Positions 56,726 to 64,000 of a stretch of DNA of 64,000 nucleotides are shown here, piece after piece. The DNA is from a virus, in the IMG/VR virus record IMGVR_UViG_3300033146_003848, positions 64,001 to 128,000 of that record. One strand, written 5' to 3'. The stretch's first letter is position 1. Every line of letters begins with the position of its first letter. The notes under the pieces were generated by a model. The model was given only the letters and a program-made list of their open reading frames with translations, made no database searches and had not been told where the DNA came from. A program made the translations under genes and the position numbers.

Positions 56726-57432
56726 GATAATTTTCCTGTTTTTAAAGTCTCTACTGACTAAAAAGTTTAAAAAAAACAAACAATCAATATCGATTGTTTA
56801 TAAGTAACTATAACACATAAATTTTCCCGTGTCAATTCTATTTTAAATTAATTTAAATTAAAACTGTTTTAATTCTATTTTATTTTATTCCATTTTAAAA
56901 CAATTAAAATGGAAACTGTTTTACTTTCATTTTAATGATACTTAAATAGTTCCATATTCAATCGAGATCAAACGATATAGAAAAATGAATAGTAAACTAT
57001 ATACTTAAAAAAATCAATTATCATAACAAAAAAATAAAAATAAAATTGTCAATTTTATTTTAATATTTGATATTTAAAATCAAAAAAATCTATTATATAT
57101 ACTATCGGGAATATATATATATTCAAAAAAAAAATCAAAAATTAAGTGAGATAAAATCAAAAAAAATCAAAACAAAAATACTTCTAAGTTTTCAAAAACA
57201 ATGTAGACATATCGGGAATTTCTTTGCGAAATGATACCCGCCCTCATTTCAATTAATGAAAATCAACCCTATCCTATTTCAAAAAAATATGAAACAAAAT
57301 CGGGAAGGTACCTGCCCTATAATATCTAAATACTCCCGAATAGGACGGTACAAAGTGAAAGTGAAAGAGAAAGCCAGATTTTCATTTTGAAGTCAATTCC
57401 GTTGTCAAAAAATTGACACTAGGAATACGATA

Positions 57433-57461
57433 AAAAGTAGTTGCTATTCGCAACTACTTTT
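57433..57461 (-). terminator. Cassette terminator copy
   Basis: Identical hairpin. Confidence 0.88.
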
Positions 57462-57482
57462 TGTCAAAATCTTGGAATTATA

Positions 57483-57953
<471 letters not shown>

Positions 57954-58039
57954 GATAATTTTCCTGTTTTTAAAGTCTATACTGACTATTAGTTTTAAAA
58001 AGAAACTGTTTTAAACTATTTTAAAACAGTTTAAAAAAC

Positions 58040-58069
58040 AACTTGCAAGACTTTGAAGTCTTGCAAGTT
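58040..58069 (-). terminator. Long hairpin after 58080-58799
   Basis: aacttgcaagactt-tg-aagtcttgcaagtt; T-rich downstream on the minus strand. Confidence 0.65.
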
Positions 58070-58079
58070 TCAAGTAATT

Positions 58080-58799
58080 CTATAGTTGCACTATAGAATT
58101 ACTTCGATTAAGCAAGATCATTATGTCGTTTACTCTTGATGTTGCATTTTTTCCTTTTCTTATCTTAGTGTATAAGACATTTTTAAGAGTTCGGAACGCA
58201 AAAGAATTTGCATTATTTTTCTGATTTTTAGCAAAGTTATGAATTATAACAATACTATTTTTCGATAAATTTGCAACTGAAAAAATTCCAGATTCAGAAA
58301 GTGTAAATTTCAGATTCATATTGTTTGTTTTTATAATGTCTTGACTTTCTGCTAAAATTTCACTTTTCATAACTGAAGCAATAAGTATAGTACTTGCATA
58401 AACATAATTTAAGCACTTTTCTTTATAATTCAATAAATTTGCAGTTTTTTCGACTTTAAACTTTTTTCCATTTTGCATCGTGATAACTAATTTTCCAGTG
58501 ATAAAATCTGAATTATTTTTTATATCATGTTTTGTGCAAAATTTTTCCGACATAAAGTACTTTTCAAAATTCTTTACTGCATACAGTGACTTGAAACTTA
58601 AATTTTCTAAAAGTTTATATCGTTTTGTAGAATTCAAATTATCAAAAAATTGAGAAACTTTTTTCTTTTCAAGTTCAACTTCTTTGATTTTTTCGTCATT
58701 TTTTTTTTCAGTTTCTAAATTTGCAAGATAACTTGTTCTTTCTTTATCTGACAAATTAAGATTAAAATTGTTGTTTGATTTTTCTGTTAAATTTTTCAT
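58080..58799 (-). CDS. Basic Lys/Asn-rich protein, first gene of the leftward array
   Basis: 239 aa; promoter at 58936 and a variant leader. Confidence 0.7.
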   Translation of the reverse strand: MKNLTEKSNNNFNLNLSDKERTSYLANLETEKKNDEKIKEVELEKKKVSQFFDNLNSTKRYKLLENLSFKSLYAVKNFEKYFMSEKFCTKHDIKNNSDFITGKLVITMQNGKKFKVEKTANLLNYKEKCLNYVYASTILIASVMKSEILAESQDIIKTNNMNLKFTLSESGIFSVANLSKNSIVIIHNFAKNQKNNANSFAFRTLKNVLYTKIRKGKNATSRVNDIMILLNRSNSIVQL

Positions 58800-59477
58800 A
58801 AAATTTTCCTAATTTTTAAGTCTTATTTTGACTAAAATGTTTAAAAAAAACTGTATAACGATATTGTTATACAGTCAAGTAATTAAAAGAGCGTTGTTTC
58901 TTATAAAATAATAGCATATAATTTCCATTTAGTCAATTATTTTTTGCAATTTTTTTAAACTGTTTTGTAAGTAATTAAAATTACTACAAAATAAAATCAC
59001 TTTTATTTTTAATAAAATCAATTAAAAATAAATAAAAATGTCTTTTTTTAAAAAAAAACTAAATTTTAAATTTTAAAATAGAGAAAAAAATACTCTTTTT
59101 ATTTTTCTCACGACTAGAACTTGCAATATGAAACTATTGCTATTCGCAAGTATTCTGAAAAATTAAAAAATCTATTTCTGAAAAAAATCAATAAATAAAT
59201 TTTTCTGTAAAATTGCAACGCAAGCAAGTCAAATTTTAATTTTCTGAAAAAAGTAATATAAAACTATTAAAAAATGAAAAAGTTTCTTAAAATCAAATTT
59301 TGTTCGTTTTTGGAAAAGACAAAAAAAGACAAAAAAATTCATTTTTTCAAAAATTAAAACATCTTGTTTTTTTTCAAATTTCTTGAATTGTTTCAAAATT
59401 GATACAAAACTGTATTTTTTCGCTTTTTATATATAGACGAACTATTGACTTAATTTTTTTGAACGGTTACCAGGCGA

Positions 59478-59662
59478 CTGATGGATCTCATCCAGGATCC
59501 AGGGAATATTTTGGCTGATGGATCTCATCCAGGATCCAGGGAATATTTTGGCTGATGGATCTCATCCAGGATCCAGGGAATATTTTAACTGATGGATCTC
59601 ATCCAGGATCCAGGGAATATTTTAACTGATGGATCTCATCCAGGATCCAGGGAATATTTTGG
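59478..59662. repeat. 5 x 37 bp tandem repeat
   Basis: ctgatggatctcatccaggatccagggaatatttt(gg/aa) at 59478, 59515, 59552, 59589 and 59626. Confidence 0.97.
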
Positions 59663-59933
59663 CTCAGGATGTCGGAATATTTCGGAGGTGTTCGGAACGT
59701 GATGGAACTTCGTGGATTTTAATGGGAACCTGGGAAATTTTTTTAGGAAGGAGACTTTTTATTGAAATAATAATTGACTTTTGAATAATTAAGTGTTATA
59801 TTGATTTTGTAAGCGAGATAAAAATTAAACGAGAGAAGTGAAATGATGAGATTAAATGAAACTGGAGGAGTTGTATTAGACACGTCTGGCATGAAAATCT
59901 CAATCAGCGAAGATGGTCGAGGATATACTATTA

Positions 59934-60356
59934 ATGCTTGAGTTATTATTATGGAAAAAATTAAAGGACATTGCTTCTGATTTTCTACAAGTTAGGGTGA
60001 AGGTTGGAGAGTTACAACGGAGAATTGAGCAATTGGAGCAGAATATTGAGGTTGAATCATTAGGGTCGGATGTTCAGTTGGACACATCTGGGATGAAAGA
60101 AATTGGAGTTGAGAAGTTTTATGGTTCTTGTTTAAGGATCATAATTGAGAATGGTAAATGTGAGTCTGTGGACTGCAAAGATTGTCCATTTTCTTATAAG
60201 AATTCAGTACTAAATATTGGTTGCTCTGAGAGTAAATTAAGTGGAGTAAGTGATAAAGCAAGTGAGGATGGAGTTTTATTACAGAATGCGAAAAAATTCA
60301 TTATCACATATGATTCTAAGTTTTCTGATCAGAAAGAATTATCATATCGGACTTAG
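59934..60356 (+). CDS. Coiled coil plus one Cys-rich module
   Basis: MLELLLWKKLK; CLRIIIENGKCESVDCKDCPFS. Confidence 0.7.
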   Translation: MLELLLWKKLKDIASDFLQVRVKVGELQRRIEQLEQNIEVESLGSDVQLDTSGMKEIGVEKFYGSCLRIIIENGKCESVDCKDCPFSYKNSVLNIGCSESKLSGVSDKASEDGVLLQNAKKFIITYDSKFSDQKELSYRT

Positions 60357-60514
60357 GAGATTGCAAGATGATTAATTGTGTTAGGTATTCTTTCTCTAGT
60401 ATGAATTCTAAAACTCACACTTCGGGTCTAAAATTTGGGAAGTGGAGGATCAAAGTCACAATCAACTATATTGAATTATGCTAAGAAGTTTAAGGAAAGG
60501 ATGGAGAAATTATC

Positions 60515-61174
60515 ATGATAGAATTATTATTTTTAAGGAAGTTGAAACGGGCTACTTCAGAATTGGCTCAAATGAAACAGAAGGTTCAACAATTGGAGTT
60601 TGAAAAGGAGACATGGGAGAAGAATAAATATTCATCGACGGACATTTCTCATAACTGGAAGGTTGACTTTAATGTGGATTTTTATGAGACATGTGTTATA
60701 TTAATTAACGAGAATGGTATTTGTGTAAAGGCTGATTGTTCAAAGTGTCCATTTTCCAAATCTAATCATAAGAAATATATTTATTGTTATGATGGATTGA
60801 AATGTGATAATGAAGTTGAGGATTGTTCAATTACTATTCAACGGGAGGCTATGAAATATTTAAATCGTCATAGTCAGCAATATCATAAATTGAAAGGTGA
60901 TAGAGAAGTTGATGGGACTCAACCGAATGTTTTTTCCGATATGATTGATACTGAGAAGAAAGAATTTCATGAAACGTGTTTGGAAATTACGAAAAACAAT
61001 GGTCGATGTGATGGTATCAAATGCGATATGTGTCCGTTCTCTAGTGGAAATTCTAAAGTATCTTGTATTTGCGAAGATAGTTCATATAGCAATAATTTTG
61101 AACCAGATGAAGTCGATTTAAAGTTATATCAGTCAGCACACACATTCTTATATTGGAATTGGAGATCAAAATGA
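60515..61174 (+). CDS. Paralog with two Cys-rich modules
   Basis: MIELLFLRKLK; F.ETC.....NG.C....C..CPFS twice. Confidence 0.75.
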   Translation: MIELLFLRKLKRATSELAQMKQKVQQLEFEKETWEKNKYSSTDISHNWKVDFNVDFYETCVILINENGICVKADCSKCPFSKSNHKKYIYCYDGLKCDNEVEDCSITIQREAMKYLNRHSQQYHKLKGDREVDGTQPNVFSDMIDTEKKEFHETCLEITKNNGRCDGIKCDMCPFSSGNSKVSCICEDSSYSNNFEPDEVDLKLYQSAHTFLYWNWRSK

Positions 61175-61256
61175 TAGAATTATTATTATGGAAACATAAT
61201 TGCGAATAACGCCAAATTATTTTTAAAATTAATGAAACAACAAATGGAGAAAAATT

Positions 61257-61682
61257 ATGATTAAAGAATTTATTACATTATGGGACAAAAGGAAGGATGA
61301 GTTGGAACGAGTTTTCCGAGAAACTGACATTAAAGAGTTTTATAATTATGAGGACATAGTTCGAACTATATTTGAGGTTTGCTTTAATGAAGAAGCGATA
61401 GATCAATATATTCATTATGATTGTGAGTTTGAAAGTTTCGATATCACTAAAATGACGAAAATTGATGATGGACATTATCAAGGAACAATTATATTCATTA
61501 TTCCTAGAGATACTTATCAACCAGAAACAAGTGATTATGTTATGACATCAGTTGACTATGGCTCTTGTTCGGCTTGCGACACATTAGAAAGAATATTGCT
61601 TGAAGATTTGGTGGAAGTTCGAGTGAATGATTTGCTAACACTTTCTCTTCATATCGTTCAACGACTTAAATACTTAGATTAG
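61257..61682 (+). CDS. Conserved phage hypothetical protein
   Basis: IDDGHYQG...YGSCSACD. Confidence 0.6.
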   Translation: MIKEFITLWDKRKDELERVFRETDIKEFYNYEDIVRTIFEVCFNEEAIDQYIHYDCEFESFDITKMTKIDDGHYQGTIIFIIPRDTYQPETSDYVMTSVDYGSCSACDTLERILLEDLVEVRVNDLLTLSLHIVQRLKYLD

Positions 61683-62293
61683 AATCGGTAAAGTATGTTT
61701 TAGGGATGATATTTCCCTTTTCATCATAAAATTCTAGATATTTTATATTATATTGTCCTATAAAAGAGTCAATTGATGATCTATAGAATTTTCCTTCATT
61801 TAAAATTATTCGTCTTCCTGCAACAATTACGATACCTAATGATTGAAATTTAATCACTTCACCTAATGCGTTAATATGAACCACATGAATAATTCGATGT
61901 AATTTTATTCCCATCACCACTTCCAATAACTCACTAATATTCTTAGCGAAATCTAACGAATTCCCTTTAAAACCTAAACAAATCATATTTTTTAGGGATG
62001 GAGTCCAATTTGGATAACCCATTTCTTTTTCAAAAATAAATTTATTTTGGATATATTGTCTTAAATTTTCATATAATTTTATTCGACTAAGAATGCCAAA
62101 TTGTAAATGGTATCTTTCTTGTAAATGCTTATGCTTCCAAATATAAAAATTACTTAATGTGTTTCCGACTTTAGAAATGAATGGCAAATAATATCGAATA
62201 TATAATTTAACTGACCACTTTCGAGGTAAAAACATTTTATAAACTCCTAATTAACAGTTAGTCATCAGGAGTTATTTATTGATTTTGAATTGA

Positions 62294-63070
62294 TTATTTG
62301 AGACTAAGTACATTATCAATGATATGACAATTGGAAGTGACATTTTTCTCTGTAAACTCATACAATTGATTAAATTCATAGTTATATGTTGAGAAGGGTT
62401 CTTTAGTAGATAATGCTACTAGAGATTCCACATTACATTTATATATAAAATCTTTCGATAAAACAGTTTTAAATGCCATATTCATGTTAGAATATTCATC
62501 AATGAATATTTTCAATTTCGTTTTTGGATTAATTTGACCACGCAATGATTCGATAGAGGTGAAAAATATCATTTTTCGATTTGGCATATTTGAACGGATA
62601 TGTTTCATTTTTTTTGATAATTGTTTTATATTATATCTACTAGTAAAGTATAATACTGTGATATCATCATTCACATCTTTTCTTGTAACTTCTCTTATTG
62701 CTAATGCGAATTGAATTGTGGATTTACCAAATTGTCTAGGTAAATTTCCTAATTTAATTTTAAAGGTTGATCGAAGGATTTCATTTAAAATACGGGTTTG
62801 ATTGTCATTAAATGAGTTGCATTCTAACACATTAAATGGATATTCACGTAAATTAATTGAAGGTAACGGATGAAGTAGATCATCATAAGTTCTTCCATTT
62901 AAGTTTGGAATATGACAACTCTCATCTATAACTTCATTTAAATATAATTTTTTTGATTGAGACTTAATTTCCTCTTTTAAATTTAAAATCTCTCGGTGTA
63001 ATTCATAATTCTCCTTTCGCAATGATTTATTTTTCATAATTAACGCCAATTCAAACACTTTTTTCTCCAT
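62294..63070 (-). CDS. Terminase-large-subunit-like ATPase domain, stand-alone or degenerate
   Basis: LPRQFGKST (terminase-type Walker A), SLRG, IFIDEY (Walker B); no nuclease domain. Confidence 0.5.
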   Translation of the reverse strand: MEKKVFELALIMKNKSLRKENYELHREILNLKEEIKSQSKKLYLNEVIDESCHIPNLNGRTYDDLLHPLPSINLREYPFNVLECNSFNDNQTRILNEILRSTFKIKLGNLPRQFGKSTIQFALAIREVTRKDVNDDITVLYFTSRYNIKQLSKKMKHIRSNMPNRKMIFFTSIESLRGQINPKTKLKIFIDEYSNMNMAFKTVLSKDFIYKCNVESLVALSTKEPFSTYNYEFNQLYEFTEKNVTSNCHIIDNVLSLK

Positions 63071-63361
63071 TTATATAATTAATTTCGGACTAGTTATTTT
63101 CTTTTCATACTCAATATTTATGAATGATTGAAAACCACATTTTGGACAAATATGAGTAAATGATTCATACTCATATTCACAAATAATGATATTCTTACAA
63201 TTAGGACATCTTGCTAAATTATTATCTTTAAATTCTTCAGTATCATTCTTATTAAAACAGGTTTTACAAATAGTTTCATCATTAAAGTAAGAAATAAATT
63301 TCTCATTACACTCTAAACAATTATTATATTCTATTCGAATTTCCTTTATTACTTTTTTCAT
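63071..63361 (-). CDS. Double zinc-ribbon protein
   Basis: CLEC/CKTC and CPNC/CPKC. Confidence 0.65.
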   Translation of the reverse strand: MKKVIKEIRIEYNNCLECNEKFISYFNDETICKTCFNKNDTEEFKDNNLARCPNCKNIIICEYEYESFTHICPKCGFQSFINIEYEKKITSPKLII

Positions 63362-63518
63362 AAATTTCTCAATAAAACATTATTATTAATATAATTTATC
63401 AAAAATCATTAAATTTAAAATATTTTATTTCTCCATATAATATGCGAAATAAAAAATTAAAAAAATATGAGTTTCTTGATATATTATAATATCTTATTAA
63501 TATATATCGGAGAATATT

Positions 63519-63695
63519 ATGTTTAAATGTCGATTTTGTTCAATAGAATTTGAACGACCTACTTATATGAAATTAAATGAACATGAGACTATTATGGTCT
63601 GTCCATCATGTGAAAGAAGTACTATTTATAAAGTTGAAGAGAATACTAAGAAACTTCAACAAGGTGATTGGAAAATGATTAATGAATCCAAGTAA
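63519..63695 (+). CDS. Small zinc-ribbon protein (58 aa; not in the ORF track)
   Basis: MFKCRFC...VCPSC; GGAG RBS. Confidence 0.65.
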   Translation: MFKCRFCSIEFERPTYMKLNEHETIMVCPSCERSTIYKVEENTKKLQQGDWKMINESK

Positions 63696-64000
63696 TTGTA
63701 TACTTGGATTCAGTAACGTGTGATTTACACAACTATTAGTATTAGGAGAGAATTATGGAAAAAATGTATTCACGAATTAAGTTAATTTTAGAAGAAGATT
63801 TTAAAGAAACTTACGATGCACAAAATGCTAATCTAGAATTTAAACAACCAGATGAAGAGAATGAACAATTAATGATTATAAATTATCATCAATTATCAGT
63901 TTGGCTTTTTTTTAATGAATCTCAGCGAGAATGTAGAATGAAAATTATTTCTAGTATCAATGTATCAGAATCTTTAAATGGGAAGAATAAATTGGAAGAG

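Noticed and set aside
49733-56779. Shared N-terminal peptides (MIINLEERRL, MFVLLI.KS..TLKSETI, DFKNRKII) as signal or leader peptides
   Set aside because: They are in-frame translations of the repeated 5' leaders; the true ATG follows the RBS.
59478-59662. CRISPR array from the 37 bp repeat
   Set aside because: Units are contiguous with no spacers.

Overview
AT-rich, gene-dense segment that reads as part of a large (jumbo-type) lytic bacteriophage genome. I found no rRNA, tRNA, CRISPR array, transposase or virion structural gene. 1-27 kb (+ strand) holds auxiliary genes: PhoH, TelA-like protein, a sigma factor, DinG-like helicase, a radical SAM enzyme beside two GFVSNSSSSSF-motif proteins, RtcB and an Rnl2-like RNA ligase, ClpX, a GHKL ATPase, DUF5675, a Cys-phosphatase, Nudix and CYTH. 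27-59 kb is an early/host-takeover-like region of small ORFs, many behind near-consensus sigma70 promoters (TTGACnnGG...TGTTATAcT) with repeated leader hairpins. Transcription converges at about 47.1-47.8 kb and diverges at about 59 kb. Most notable: (1) an ~11 kb zone (about 42.9-53.87 kb) almost free of four one-mismatch variants of AGCT (AGTT/AACT, AGCA/TGCT, AGCG/CGCT, AGAT/ATCT), while AGCT itself seems absent window-wide; a repeated non-coding scaffold has lost these words in its copy inside the zone; (2) an adjacent array of ~1.1-1.2 kb single-gene cassettes with near-identical non-coding frames and a polar TAGGACGG motif; (3) a 5 x 37 bp GATC/CCAGG-rich repeat beside a long AT tract. 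All protein calls come from motif recognition by eye, and all word counts are manual.
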